This document shows, one piece after another, positions 30,262-51,249 of a DNA stretch of 64,000 nt. The stretch lies in the NCBI RefSeq assembly GCF_009914755.1, contig NC_060928.1, one strand, 5' to 3'. This DNA is from the human T2T-CHM13v2.0 reference genome, Homo sapiens. Position 1 is the first letter of the stretch; every line of letters begins with the position of its first letter. The notes under the pieces are model-generated. The model was not told the origin of the DNA, searched no databases, and saw nothing but the letters and a program-made list of their open reading frames with translations. The position numbers and the translations under genes were made by a program.

Positions 30262-31845
30262 TTTAGAGAAATATTTGTTTTCTCAAAAATCTTATCTATC
30301 TTCTCACAATAGAATTTACATTCTGTGGTTTTCAAATAGTTGTCACTAAAATTAAGTACTTCATGTGGTGATAAAAATTCCTTAGCACAAATTCATTTTC
30401 AATGTGACAAATTAAGCAGTTTAGTTTCTGAAGCATAGCCTGTGGGAATAACTCAAAGAAAATAGTATTCCCAAAAAATTATAGAAGATGCAAATAATTT
30501 CCTGGTTTCATAACTTCGGAGCCTAATGTAAGAACTAGAAAAGTTCTACCGGAGAAAGTTAAAACTAGTCAAACAAACAAATTCCATTTCAGACATAATA
30601 CTTCATTGAATGAGTATACTCAACAAATGAAAATTATTAAATATATTCCTTATAAAATAGATGTGACCAGTAACCACTGTGGAGGGGCTCCAATTCTGAG
30701 CAGAATATGGCTACATGTACAAAAGGAATAAATCAAAACCACATGTGAATTCAACTGTTTTCTCAAAGAATCTTTCTTTATATTTCCTACGTATATCACT
30801 GTCTAACCAAATCACTGTAACCAGATGTCCCAGATTTTGTCTGATGCTACACTGGGGTAAATGTGCTAATTTTTTAGCACAGAAACCTATAATGAAATTC
30901 TTATTGTGCTCCAGCATTTCGAATGAAGCCAGGGCAAGGGGAGCAGATAAAAGTATAATCCACATAATCAGCTTATAATTTTCTTTAATTTTTACATTGA
31001 AAATGTTGGAAAGAAATATTCCCTGAATTAATTAAAATTTCAGTTATGATTAATATAAAGTTAAAAATTCTAATTGTTTTCCCCTAGAACTTCTTTTAGA
31101 TTAATTTCTTATCAAAAATATTTGTTAAGGAAATATTTCATGTGTATACAATAGAATATAGAAAAAAGTATTTTAAGAAACACGGTAAACCCATAACCCA
31201 TATTTTATAAATATTAAGGTTTGGCCATTTTCTTCCAAAAACATGTTTAATAAAATAAATGTTATTAAAAGGACTTCTGCTTTCACTTAGTATGTAGAAT
31301 AGCAGAAGGAAGCAGTCAAATAACCTACAGACAATATTAAAATAATTGTTATCATGCATACACTAGAAATGTTTTTGAAAATATTTAGAAAAAAAACAGT
31401 CTTTGAACAATTCAAAATGAGATTCTCCAAATAACTCATTGTTATCCAGATCTCTTCCTCATATTTTGTGGAAATACTTCTAGTAGCAGTCTCCCTTTTG
31501 CATCACCCATGAACAATCCTTTCCATGCAATACTAGACACTAACTGACTTTCTGCAAACACAATCACTTTCTGTATGAACAAAAAGTGTTCATATATACC
31601 ACTATAATAGTCTACAATCAAGTTTCCTTAGCCACATTAACATAAATACTTAGTAGAATGTTTATTGAGTCTGATATTCATGACAGGCAGTAGACAAAGT
31701 GCTCTACAGAAATTAACTCATATACTCCTATAAGGATACTTATGCTTAAAGAAATAAAGAAACTGGTCTAGGATCACTGTTTCCAGCAAAGAGTGTTGCA
31801 GAAACTTAAGGCAAGTTATTTCTGAATTTAAAGACCAGCTTTCTG

Positions 31846-34290
<2,445 letters not shown>

Positions 34291-35444
34291 AATTTATTCT
34301 TACAACTGTTATTACAACATCTTGTAGATGGAAAAATTGCCAGTGAAAGAGATTAAGTAATTTGCCCCTGTAGCCTCTATTTTATTTGGTTTTACTTGTT
34401 ATGCTTTTCTGCTTGGTAATTCTTCTGATAAGCCTCTTTATTTGATTACTTCTTTCAGGTATTTTCGTGGATTCCTCTTCTTCCTCGAGTATATAACATT
34501 AATGTTCTCTAGAGTTCTGATCTCAGCCTACTTCTTATCTGAGTCTGCATTTTTCCTATATAATCTTGCCCACATCAATGATTTTACTTAGCATCTGTAA
34601 CCCATGACTCCCAAATACACTCACCTATCTCCTAGTCATCTCTGCATAGTATTTGTTTGTCCTCCAGAATAATAAGTAAGCATCTTTGGGGCAATGTCAT
34701 ATCTTTTCACTTGAATCTCCTGTACTCAAAACCATATCTGCGTCTAATTGCATTCAAAGGTTGTTATAAACTTGTCAAGTATCATGTTTCTATATTACAG
34801 TAAAATAAAACAATAATATAACATAGACTTAAGCTGCTTAGGGGCATAAAAATGAACTTGTTGAATTTGTCAAAATGATTTGACAAAAATAATTTGACAG
34901 AATGATTTGTTGAGGACGTTCCAGCTTTGGGTTTCTCTCATTAGCATGGATTGATGGTTAAAGATCACCTTGTCACCAGAGGAAATTTAAAAACATAAAA
35001 CAGGAAAACACATGATAAAAGTTAGCCATGTGTTGTATTCTTATGGAACCACACTTACGGGATCAATATCTCTTTGTTGAGTTGTGTCTTGTAAATGAAA
35101 CACCTTGACATTTTCAAGAACATAGAATTTGGTCTTGGAGGAAAATGAATCATTCTTTCTTTATTGAAAAATAGCAGTACATGTTCTGGTACATTAGTTT
35201 TCTAAGGTCACCCACTGGTCATGGAATATAAGATTATAGATAAAATAAGAATGCCACTCCTGTATTTAGAGTTGGCAGTTCTTATTTCTTAATATCAAAC
35301 ATAATCACACACTTCCTATCTTGTTCAGTCTTAAACCAATTAACTTAATAATACCTATAATTGGTGTCCAAACATAAAATACAGGATGCCTTGTTTCAAT
35401 GCGGTTTATGTCTTCAGTTCTATAAAAGCAGGTGCCATCTAAAT

Positions 35445-36282
35445 TTTTTACATTTTGTTTATATATTTATTTATTTATTTAAATGGATAAAAATGTATAT
35501 ACTTAAGCTGTACATGATATTTGATATATGTATACATTGTAGAATGGCTAAATCTAGCTAACATTTATTATCTCACATACTATTTTTTTGTGATAAGAAC
35601 ATGTAAAATCTACTCTGTTAACAATTTTCAAGTATCTAACGCATTGTTTTTAACTGTAATTACCATGTTGTACAATAGATCTCTTGATCTTATTTCTCTT
35701 ATCTAACTGAAATTTTGTATCCTTTGACAGATGTCTTCCCAACCCACCACCACCACCCCAGACCCTGGTTCTATTTTCTGCTTCTATGAGTTTGGCTTTT
35801 TTCGACTCCACACATAAGTGAAATCTCACTATTTGCCGTTTTGTGCCCGGCTTATTTCACTTAGTATAATGTCCTCCAAATTTATTCATGTTGTCAAAAG
35901 TGATAGAATTTCCTTCTTTGTTAAGGCTGAATTGTATTCCATTGTGTATATATACCATATTTTCTTTATCCATTCATCCGTTTATGGACACTTAATTTGA
36001 TGCTGTATTTTGGCTATGTGAATAATGCCTCAATGAACATAGAAATATAGTTATTTTTGAGATAGTTATTTTATTTACCTTGTATACACTTATAAGTAGG
36101 ATTGCTGGATTATATGGTAGTTCTATTTTTAGTGATCTGAGAAACATCCATACAGCTTTCAATAATGACTGTACTAATTTACATTCCTACCAACAGTGTA
36201 CTGGGTTCCTTTCTCTCCATATCTTTGCCAACACTTGTCTTTTTTAATAATAGCCATCCTAACAATCTGAGGTAATATCTTC
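35445..36282 (-). mobile_element. L1MA-type 3' end
   Basis: Diverged L1 3'UTR/ORF2 end motifs. Confidence 0.75.
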
Positions 36283-37159
36283 ATTTAGATAAAAGCAACA
36301 TCATTTTAATTTTAATTTCAAATTTGTTATATTCCCCCTACTCATATATTGCTTTTTATCTACCCAGCAATGTGACCTTAGTGCCTATAACAGTGTTTAA
36401 TATCTATTGTTCGGAAAAATATGGGGGGAAATACAGGAAGGGAGGAAAGAAGAAAGAGAGGGAGGAGGAAAGAGTGGGTAGAAGAAAGACAAAAAAGGAA
36501 GCAAGGAGGAAGAAAGGAATAAAAACTGGAAGAAAAAGAATGTAATCAACCATGTTGAAATGCATTTTTAAAATGTCATAGCAGTGAATATTTTAAAAGT
36601 CAGACATATTCCAATAGTTATGCGTAGGGAACCTGCATATTTATGATACTTAAAAGTTAGAAGCCAAAATAACTTGATTTAATTATCTTGCTCTCACAAT
36701 CGTATATATGTATTTATTTCCTTATGATCCAGAAAAATGTCGATTTCCAATGGGGAGAATGAGTTACTAATTCATTGTGGTGAAAACTTGGAAGACTTTA
36801 TTATCCTAAAATCTAATGTATATTTAAAATTATACTTATAATATATAATAATTAATTTATACTTTGTCCTCAAGGTAAATTCAGGATGTGAGTATGTATA
36901 TGTATGTGTATGTATATACATATGTTTGTATGTGTGCGTGTTTGTGTATGTGTTTGTGTATGTGTATAATCTCTTGCTTAGAATAAATGATCTTTTCACA
37001 AAATTATTTATTGTATTAAAGTATCACTTGACTCTTTCTAAGTTATTTTATTCCCACATTTAAGTTTTGTCTCCTATTTTTATTTTATTTCTGTCGTTAA
37101 AAAGTTTATTTTGCAAAATTAAAAGCACACAACAGTCTTCCCTGTTTTATTTATTAATT

Positions 37160-38292
<1,133 letters not shown>

Positions 38293-41159
38293 TTAACTAT
38301 TTAAAAAGAAGAAAATATTTATTTTATTTTTGTTTTTTTCAAATGATTATGATTGTATCTTTTGGATTTTTCTTTTAAAGCCAGCAAATGTGATACTTTG
38401 GCAGAGAATGACCACTTTATCAAGGCATCTGCCTTATTCTAATTTAAATATAACAGAGAAAAACAATGCCATGATTACATCTTTTATTTAAATTTATGAG
38501 TGACACAATAATTGTTATTAATTATCTTCCTATCTAACTGTACCTTCGTAAATCTCAATAATTATTATAACATCAATAATTATCATGCATAATAATGTGG
38601 TTGAAAATTCTGTATAGTGTCTGCCTGTTGGAAAATTTCATTACAATATACTTAATAATTCACATTCTAAATAACACTGCATTCTTAATACAAATAAATG
38701 AATAAAAACAGCAGACAAGAAGCAAGTAAAATACATAGTCATTATCAATTCTGTAGGTGTTTGATGATTAAAATTTTTAGCAGAAAAAAACCTTTGGGTT
38801 TTCAAATATAATATTCTTCTGTAAAATTTTATTATTCTTGACTGAAAATTTCAGGAGAACTCTGCTAATAATTATCATATTTTTCAGTTAGGTAAAATAT
38901 GAGCGTCATAAGTTCTGTGGGGATTAAACATCCCTCATAATGTATTTTAATTTTGATGTGTGTAATTCAAATATAGTTCATATTTAATAGCATTAGCTGT
39001 GATTTTACTTGCACAAAACTGAGTTATGAAATTATAACAAACAGTAACACGTTCAGCTTTTTATAAATGATAAAATAGTGAGGCGTATTTAATAATTTTT
39101 TCCTTTCACAGCAGACATACACACAAAAAATGTTTGGCTGCTTAATAGTCTATCACTTTTTCCTTTAAACTTTTCACCAGCTTGTTTTTAAATTATTCCT
39201 AACGCATTTTTTTGCAAATGAGTCCTTATAATTTTACCTCCCTTAATGGCCATGTCATCTGCTCTTTTGCCCACCTTCCCTCGAATTTTTCTCTGCATTG
39301 ATTCCATGGTTATCAATCTAAAATGCAATGCTTCCCATATCACATGTTGGCTTGAAGTCTTTCATGCTGCCTTCAGCCCTCATAATAATATAAAAAATAT
39401 TAAGCCCCCGCTAGCCCTTACCCTCAGCTCTTACCCCGCTCTTACACTCAACATTCCCATTGTGCTGTCATATCTGTACAGATTTCCAACACTTTGCATT
39501 TCCTCATCTCCTTTCTGTAACTCCTCTGGTATTATAGAACCTACCATGATGTTTACCAAGTTTGTTCAGTCTGGGTGATACGTACATTTTAGGTGTTCTC
39601 ATAATGTTTTGACTTTTAAGCATATTTTTATTAAAATATTTTGGATAACGTATCTTATATAACTTCATCAGAAAATAAGCTCCTTGAAATAAGGAAATAT
39701 GTTTTAATTCTCTTTGTATTACAAGTACCTCAGTGCTTTAGAACATAGAATAATCAGTACATGCTTGACAAAAAATGAATGAGCTACTTTACCATACATA
39801 CATTACTAAATCTCAAATGATATCAAGCTTCTATTCATTACCTTTATCCATGTTTGGTGGTTACCATGTCTACAAGTATACGAGAAAATTTGGAGGACAA
39901 ATTGATTACATTAACCGTATCTAGTCTATCTTGTTCTGGGTTATGTTTGTATTTACTTGTATGTTGTTTATTGAGTTAATCTATTTCATATAATAATTTC
40001 CTCAAATTAGCTTACAAAATTTCCTTAAGGTGATCAAATATATTTTTACACACACACAAACACACACACCCTCAGCTCAGATATATTTGGCTCAAAGTCA
40101 AAATTGAAAAAATTACTCGATAAAGAAGTGGGGTGACAAGCTAACAGAGTGTCCTTAAATGTAAAAAAAAAAAAATCACTGTAATAAAAGTCAGTATTTC
40201 CTGATCTGAGTACAACTGTATCTGTAGACCCATCGCACAACTTCCCTGAACCTCTCTTCCTCTTCTGGTATAATTAGAGGACATTTTCCCTCTGGTATTC
40301 CTGGTATATAGTTACCGTGAAATTCGCACATGGTTAGTGGCAGTACTTCAAATTATAAACACATGCTCTACTCTGAGTTTAAAATTACAAACAAGTTGTG
40401 AAACAATAGTTTACCATCTTATCATGTATGAAATAAGGGAAGGAAAATACACTAAAAAGAAAAAACAGAATACAGATGCTATCATCAAAGCATATATTTG
40501 AATTTAAGAACTCTTGTTTTTAGGACTTGGGAAAATTTCTCTTTAAAATCTCTGTTCACTACTAGTATTATGTATTTAAAAATAAATGGCAATTTTTGTA
40601 TACAAATTATCCAATGCTGTCAATTCTACAGTGGCACAAAGTCAAGTGTAATTTTACTCTCAATTGTGTTATAAAATTAAGAACTTTTTCTGCTTTTTTG
40701 TTCCTGTAAAAGTTAATAATTCACTGGAAGACATAAGACATTTCTATTCACAGGAGCTATTGACAATCTATTTTTCAAATACTTATTCCTTATTTCAACG
40801 GAAATATTATTATAGAATATAATATATATTATTTAAATTGACTAAGCAAGATAGTGTGATGTAATGTCATTTTAAAATTTTATTTCTTTTAAGTTTTTTC
40901 CCAACATTATTTAAGTCTGATATCTTATAGCACTTTGTTACAGCATATCAATGTATTAGGGCCTCAAAAATGTCTTCTTACTAATTTACATAATTAAATA
41001 GATGAACAATAAGTACATTCATCAAAAGTTGCACAATTTGAGCCAGAAATTGTACAATTAGAGCATTTAAACCATGAGAAATACATGGCTTTAAAGAAAT
41101 AAATGCTAAAGAATATAGGGGTTAGTTTCAACCTCTTTCCTAGTTGAGTTAAAACCAGC

Positions 41160-41830
41160 ATGATGTACTATCAAACACACACTAGAATGGCCAAAATCAA
41201 AATGACTGAAAAAAATACCTAAATGTAAATTAGGATATAGAACAACAAGAAACTTTCATACATCATTAGTGGGAGTGTAAAGTTATTCCAAATGGTACCC
41301 TAGAAAACTGTTTAGCGATTTCTGAAAATATTAAATGTGCGTCTGCCACAAACACTATTACTATGTCTTATCCGAGAGAGGAAAAAATGATGTCTTCAGA
41401 TATTCTTGCACAAATAACATCGTAGGACTTTTATTTGTAGTAGTCTCAAACTAGAAACAACCATGTCCTTCAATGGGAGATGGATAAACAAACAGCTAGT
41501 CCTTCAGTGGGAGATGGATAAACAAACTGTGTAGTCATGAATAGATTACACAGCAATGGTTCCAACAATGTGGATAAATTTCAAAAGAATTTAGCCACGT
41601 GCAAAAAGCTAAAGACCTTAGAGTATATGCCATATGATTCTATACGAACTGGCAAAAACTATTCATCAACTTAGATGAGTGGTTGTTTCTGCAAAGGGTG
41701 ATCAGCTAAGGGCCAGGGCAACTTTCTGGGATGATGGAAAGACTGTGTATTTCTACCCTAATAGCAGATTGACATAGCCATTTAAAATATGTTTTCACCA
41801 TATAGAATTATACCTGAATTTCTTTAAAGT
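41160..41830 (+). mobile_element. Ancient L1MC/ME-type 3' end
   Basis: Highly diverged L1 ORF2 end and 3'UTR motifs. Confidence 0.65.
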
Positions 41831-42719
41831 TATTAGTTAATGAAAAGAAAAATTTTTCTGAATACAACTGAAGCTTTGTTCTTCCTGCTCAATAATATTC
41901 CCACTAATTCTATACCTTCTCAGAGGTTACCAGGATTCTGCAATCAGCGTGTATGCTTCCCAGGCATATTATATATATTATGCTTGTATTACACATGCAT
42001 GTAGCTATTACAATGGATAGTAGATGTGGCTTTAAAAATGTTTTCTTTTCTGTGTAATGAGATAACATTTTTACTATTTTAAAATTAGAGACAACTGTGC
42101 ATTTTTGGAGTTTCAGAAAAGAATGAATTCATAGACTTCTCAAAGCACACCGAAAAATATATTATCAATAAATATTTTTTAGAAAAAAAGTTTAGACATA
42201 TGTATCATGTTATTCTTAACAGTTCACATTAATTTAATATTGCTTTCACTTAGCAAGGACCACTTTCTCTCTGACTCAGAAATTAGAAAAAATGTCTGTG
42301 TTATTTTCAATGAATCAATATTCACTAAACAATAATTAACATTGTTAATAAAAATTTACATTTCTTGAATTATTTTTAGTGGTTATTAACCTGTGTTCAG
42401 GTTCTGCTTTCATTTTCACAGGGCTGTTGTCCTTTTTGTTTCTTTCTCACCTCTCAATGCCCTCAACTCTGTAATAACTCCCTCATGTGTTATTTTCCTT
42501 CATAAAGATGTGGTTCTTATACCTAGGGACATTTCTGTTTGTAAGAAGGTGTCTTAATGAACTATAGACATAATCATCTTAAGGCATTAATCATTAAAGC
42601 GTGAAAACTGACAACAAGTTTATGCATATACACGTTGCAATAATATAGGGCTTTCTATATTACAGGATTTGCTTTATCTCTGTTTATTTATATCTTATTG
42701 AACTTATATACTCCATACC

Positions 42720-44836
<2,117 letters not shown>

Positions 44837-47800
44837 TTAATTTTTTTTTCATTCTCATGTTAGCTGTACACTGCTTTTATGTGCATGTCTGTCTTTTTCT
44901 GATCAAAAAACCTTAAAGTTCTTTACTGCCTATTGGACTAAATTAGGTTTCCATATTTAGGGGATGATAGAAACACTATGTATTTCTACCCTGATAACAG
45001 ATTGACATAGCCACCTAAAATAGGATTCACCACATATAATCATACTTCATTTTTTTAAAGTTATTAACGAAAAGAAAAATTATTCTGAATGCAACTGAAA
45101 TTTTGTTCTTCCCACTCAATTCTATTCTTGTCCTTACTTTCTCAGAGGTAACTAGGATTATCTGTCTTGTTGTGGAGAAGAATAAGAAATCCTTGTCATT
45201 GTTCATTGAAATTCAAATTAAACTGTGCAGAAGTATATTTAGCATATCTATAATCATTTTCAGCTTTCAACTTTGAATCAAAAAAAGTTTTATCTTTAAA
45301 AAGATGAGACATCAATTTTTAAAGTAAAAATGTTTAATCTGTTGCAGAATTTGAAGTTTTTTACATGGTGTATTTAAAAAGATTAAATTGTTATTCTAAA
45401 AAGAAATGTTATAATATTCCCAGGTCTTCAGTATTCATGCTTTCATATAAGACCAAGAAGAGTTTTTAATCCTAACCACATGTTAGAATGCATTAGGGAA
45501 TTTAATAAAATATAGTTGCCAGAATCCCACCAATTGAATAAAAATCTCTGACAGAGCCAAGACATCAGCATTTCAATAGATCCCCAAATGAGTGAAAGTT
45601 GCATTTACTTTGAATGAATTTGATGACAAGTGTTGCTGATTTTACTTGTTGCATGTTAGGGTACTTAGCAGATATCAAAAAGCCAAGAACATGTACAAGA
45701 CGGATTTGCAGATTGTAGCTTTCCTGTTGTACTACTCATCCCTATTATCTCTAATTGCTTAGTATTTATTCATACAACTAATTTTTTTTGTAAAGTCGAT
45801 TGTTGCCAGCAGTGTAACTGTATTACACTGTATTAGGTATGTCTTTTATGTACTTCTTAAAGTCTTTTTGATTGATTTATTGTGATTTAAACAACATCCA
45901 AGTGAGAGTTCAGCATCAGAAAAGTTTAAATCATAATAATAACTAATACAGATAAGGGCTTTAATATTCTCACCGAAGCCTTTAACTATGGCCTTTAATA
46001 TTTGCACCAAAGCCTTTAGGTAGTTAAGTATTATTGTACACTGTTCATGGCACAACTGTTATTGTACACTGTTCATATTACAACTTAAATATCTAACAGG
46101 CATCACAAAGTAAACTTTTATAAAACTAAGTTCTTAATGTTCTCCCCCAAACCAGCTCTTCTCTCTATCTTTGCCAGCTCAGTAATAATTACATTTTTCT
46201 AGGTAAGCAAGCAAAAAACCTGGGACAATTATTAACCGTTTTTTCTCTCACACCTCAATTCCAACCTATTAAGCTACATTTGCCATAACTTTCAAATTAT
46301 GTCTAGAATGTGACAATTTCTCACTATCCCCACTGCTACCATACTAATATGTAAGAACTATTGAAATATCCTCCAAATTGCTCCTTCAGTTTACTTTTAG
46401 CAGGTAATCTAGAGTTCTCTTCAACTTTATATCAATTTCCAATTGCATAAATGTTTTATTGAAGTCTCCATAATACTCAAACGCCCTATATTATGGTCCC
46501 ATTTGTCTTTCTGACCTCATTTTGACCACATTCACTATTATCCAACTACACTGGCCTATACAATATTTCTCAAAGTTGCCAGGCATGGTTATATATCAAG
46601 CTCTTTGCAAGTGATTTCCTCCTGGACTGTCTGCAAGGTTTTGTTTCTTATTTCCTTGAAGATTTTACTCTCCTGCTCAGGGAGGCATTTCCTGGCCATC
46701 CTTTCTAACAGAGAACACCCGATCTCGACCAATGTTTTTTATCCTCTTTCTCCAACTCAGTTGTTGCCTTAGTATGATTCACTATCCAACCAATCATATA
46801 TTACTTTTCATATGTTCATTTTTCTCAGCCAGTCAAAATATAAGCTCCACAAAAAGCAGAATTTCTTATTGTCATTGTTGTTTGTGATTTTATTCCAGAT
46901 GCTTAGAAAAATTCCTGGCACATACTAGATACTCAAGAATTATTCACACAAAGTAAAGAATCTTAACTGTATTGTCAACTTCAGCATCTGTCAAAATATT
47001 TTCTCCATTGCATATACAAAAAGCTCAAGTGTACTACAAAAAGAATTACTGTGTTTGTCAAATATTTTGGAGATCATTTCACAGATGGATTCAATTTTTA
47101 ACTGAATCTTCACGAACATATGAAAATTGTCATGAGAGAGAATATAGAAAATGTAAAAAAAGGGCATTTTCAGGTAGAGGAAATATGGAGTGTTGCATGT
47201 ACTCTGGAAAGATTGTAAATGGCACATGCAACATGTCAAAACATGGAGTCAGAAATATCTCCTAGAACGATTTTGATTGATCGTGAATTCTACGTTAAAT
47301 ATCTTGAACATTACCTAGATTTTATAACAAGACCGTAGAAATGTTTGATTCAGTAAAATTACCTATTATATCTACTTTAGAGAGAAAATGTTTGTGAAGT
47401 TGCTCTTGAAAATGCATTTTACAAATAACAGACAAGATGTAAGAAAGCCTGTTAGAAAGCTGAGTATGAGCAATATCAGATAAACTATGCAGAAGCAATA
47501 GATTGAAAAGATTAGGTGGAAGAAGTCAAAGTATAAATGTTTCCAAGAATTTTGGTGGCTAATGAAAGGGGAAAATGGGTGATTCAGTTAGTGGGTGGAA
47601 CAGAGTGATGGTATCTGTAAAATGAAGGAGAATTAAGGATATTTTAGGCTAAGCGAAGAAGCAGGTGCAAATGAAACAAGTAAAGCTGTACAAAGAAAAA
47701 GTAACAAACATAAAAGTAAGCTTGTAGAGAATGAGGAAAGAGCAGATAGGCCCATATCTCACAGAGACGTAACTCAGAACAATTAATGAAGAGTCACAAA

Positions 47801-48991
47801 AGTGAGCAAGCATGGTTGTCTGATTTCCAAACTCTCAGAAATTAAAACAAATAAGCAAGGGCTAAAACAGTTGCTGCTAAAGACAAGCAATACTGATTGT
47901 TAAGGGAAATTAAAGAGCTTACTAAACATCAAGAAGTGCTAGACCAACGTGAGTGACAAATACAGAAATGTGAAAAACCAGATTTCTTCTCCTCAGGAGG
48001 ACAAAGTTATTCATATAGTTCCATGTCAAACAAAATGATCGCTAGGCAGCAATGAAGGTTACATAAAAATCAGAAACAATAAAATAATGGCAGTTCTATA
48101 AACCATAGCCCCATGAAAGAAAAAGATTTAAATCTATGAATAGCTATAAATACTAAAGATAATAATCAGTCCTCTGTAGTATTAAAAATATATTCACATA
48201 CGCGGTAAATTTGACAAATATTTATCCGTAAAATTATTAGAAATTTTAACGTTCTAGTGCTTAAATATCAATGCTTCAGATAATTAGGAGACTTGCTTTT
48301 CCAAAACTCTCCATCTTCCAACAATTACAGACACCTAGAAATTAGCATTTTGGCACTTGGGCAAAATCCAGCCATTCTTGGGTACTGTAGGCAAACACTT
48401 TTTTTGTTCGTTTTTGTTCTTGCTTTGGCTTTATTTAATGATTATTTTATTATTATGTACACGCTTTCTGCAGTTCATATATATTTTACTGAAATTTTTG
48501 TACAGTTTTTTTGTTTTGCCTGAAATTAATAATTTTCTTGTCTTTGGGGGATACTTAGTTTTGCATGTACATTTCATTAATTCTTCCCTAAACACTTTAA
48601 TAGAAGGACAGCATCTTCTTATGGAATTTAGAATGCTTCTGATTGCAAGTAGCATAATGCCCAACCTAAACAAAATAGATTTTAAAGATTTCCTCACTCA
48701 TAAAGAAGTCTGTAGCTAGGGTTTTTTGTGGTTGGTTAATTCAGTGGCATTTCAATGTCATTATGAATACAGGTGCTTTTCACATTTCTGTTTTGCCAGC
48801 CACAGCATGTTGATTTTTTGTTTTCAGGCTTGACCTCTCATGACCATAAGATGGCTATTATAGCTCCAAGTATCACTTCCATACACCAAAGGCAGGAAGA
48901 GGAACACTTCTTCGTCCCTCTTCCTCTTCTCTCCCTTTATTTCTTTTTTCTTTTCTTTTCTTCTCTTTTTTTTTACTGTTTATAGTTCCCT

Positions 48992-49842
48992 ATTTTTTTC
49001 TTTTTATACTTTAAGTTCTAGGGTACATGTGCACAACGTGCAGGTTTGTTACATATGTATACATTCGCCATGTTGGTGTGCTGTGCCCATTAACTCGTCA
49101 TTTACATTAGGTATATCTCCTAATGCTATCTCTCCCCCTTCCCTCCACCCCATGACAGGCCCCAGTGTGTGATGTTCCCCACCCTGTGTCCAAGTGTTCT
49201 CATTGTTCAATTCCCACCTGTGAGTGAGAACATGCAGTGTTTGGTTTTCTCTCCTTGCGATAGTTTGATGAGAATGATAGTTTCCAGCTTCATCCATGTC
49301 CCTACAAAGGACATGAACTCATCATTTTTTATGGCTGCATAGTATTCCATGGTGCATATGTGCCATGTTTTCTTAATCCAGTCTATCATTGATGGACATC
49401 TGGGTTGGTTCCAAGTCTTTGCTATTGTGAATAGTGCCACAATAAATATATGTGTGTGTGTGTCTTTATAGCACCATGATTTATAATCCTTTGGGTATAT
49501 ACCCAGTAATGGAATGGCTGGGTCAAATGGTATTTCTAGTTCTAGATCCTTGAGGAATCACCACACTCTCTTCCACAATGGTTGAACTGGTTTACAGTCC
49601 CACCAACAGTGTAAAAGTGTTCCTATTTCTCCACATCCTCTCCAGCACCTGTTGTTTCCTGACTTTTTAATGATTGCCATTCTAACTGGTGTGAGATGGT
49701 ATCTCATTGTGGTTTTGATTTGCATTTCTCTGATGGCCAGTGATGATGAGCATTTTTCATGTGTCTGTTGGCTACAAAAATGTCTTCTTTTGAGAAGTGT
49801 CTGTTCATATCCTTTGCCCACTTTTTGATGGGGTTGTTTGAT
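48992..49842 (-). mobile_element. 5'-truncated L1PA
   Basis: L1 3'UTR + ORF2 C-terminus fragments. Confidence 0.93.
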
Positions 49843-50131
49843 TTGTTTTTGAGAAAGGCTCTTTCTTTGTTGGTCAGGCTAGGGTGCAGTGGTATAATTA
49901 TGGCTCACTACAGCCTCCAACTCCTGGGCTCAAGCGATCCTCCCACCTCAGCCTCCTGAGTAGCTGGAAGTACAGGCATGTGCCACCACTTCAGGCTAAT
50001 TTTTTTATTTATGGTAGAGACAAGGCCTCACTGTGTTGCCCAGCCAGTCTCAAACTCCAGTGGTCAAGCGATCCTCCTACCTTGGCCTTTCAACATTCTG
50101 GGATTACAGGCATGAACCACCATGTCCAGCC
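49843..50131 (-). mobile_element. AluJ-type element
   Basis: Diverged reverse Alu with ctcaagcgatcctcc in both arms. Confidence 0.85.
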
Positions 50132-50135
50132 TTAG

Positions 50136-50497
<362 letters not shown>

Positions 50498-51249
50498 AGA
50501 CGCAAAACTTTTTAACAGTTTTAAATTTGGATAATATGTAAAAAATTTTAAAGAAATATTGAAAAACAGCAGAAGTGGCAAGAATGAGGCATATATTTTA
50601 TATTTCGAGATTGACTGGAACTATTAACTTTTCTGTTCAGATCAGGCTAGCACTTTTAGGAAGGCCTCTGTTCCCACAATACCTTACTTTACTTAAACCT
50701 GGACCTACTTTAGGCAGGTCCAGGTTTAACTAAAATAATTTTAGTTTACCCATGTTTACCCATGGGTAATTTTACATTCACCATGTCGCCTGTTTTCTAC
50801 CCCCAGGAAGCAGAGCAGAGATGTTTGATCTGCTTGGTCACATTTTACCTTGTGACTTCTGAAAAAGTAATCACCATGTAGAAATCAATTTACTTTATAT
50901 AAATTATTGCTAACCACTACATCTTTATATGTTAAATATTACTATTATTATTTCAATATGTAGAAACCTCTGAAAGAAATTAAGAAAACAAACTTTAATG
51001 AAAGTTACTGCTATTAAGTTAGAGAGCTGAGTTTCCCATTATATCACATAAACATGTATATAGCTTATTTTATTTTTATTGTTGACAAATTATAGGCAAT
51101 GGATATTGGGATCACATAAAAAATACTTACATATGTAAGCATTTTTTCACATACTTACACAATCTGATGTATCAAAAATGTAATTTGGTATATTTATTTA
51201 GGATATTTTAGACTAGAGAACACACTGAAATACCTCTAGGAAAAATCAG

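Noticed and set aside
36425-36540. Purine-rich tract giving a K/R/E-rich ORF
   Set aside because: Low-complexity GA-rich sequence with no splice or coding support.
48293-48719. Overlapping 76-120 aa hydrophobic ORFs
   Set aside because: T-rich chance ORFs with non-ATG starts in the track and no recognisable family or exon structure.
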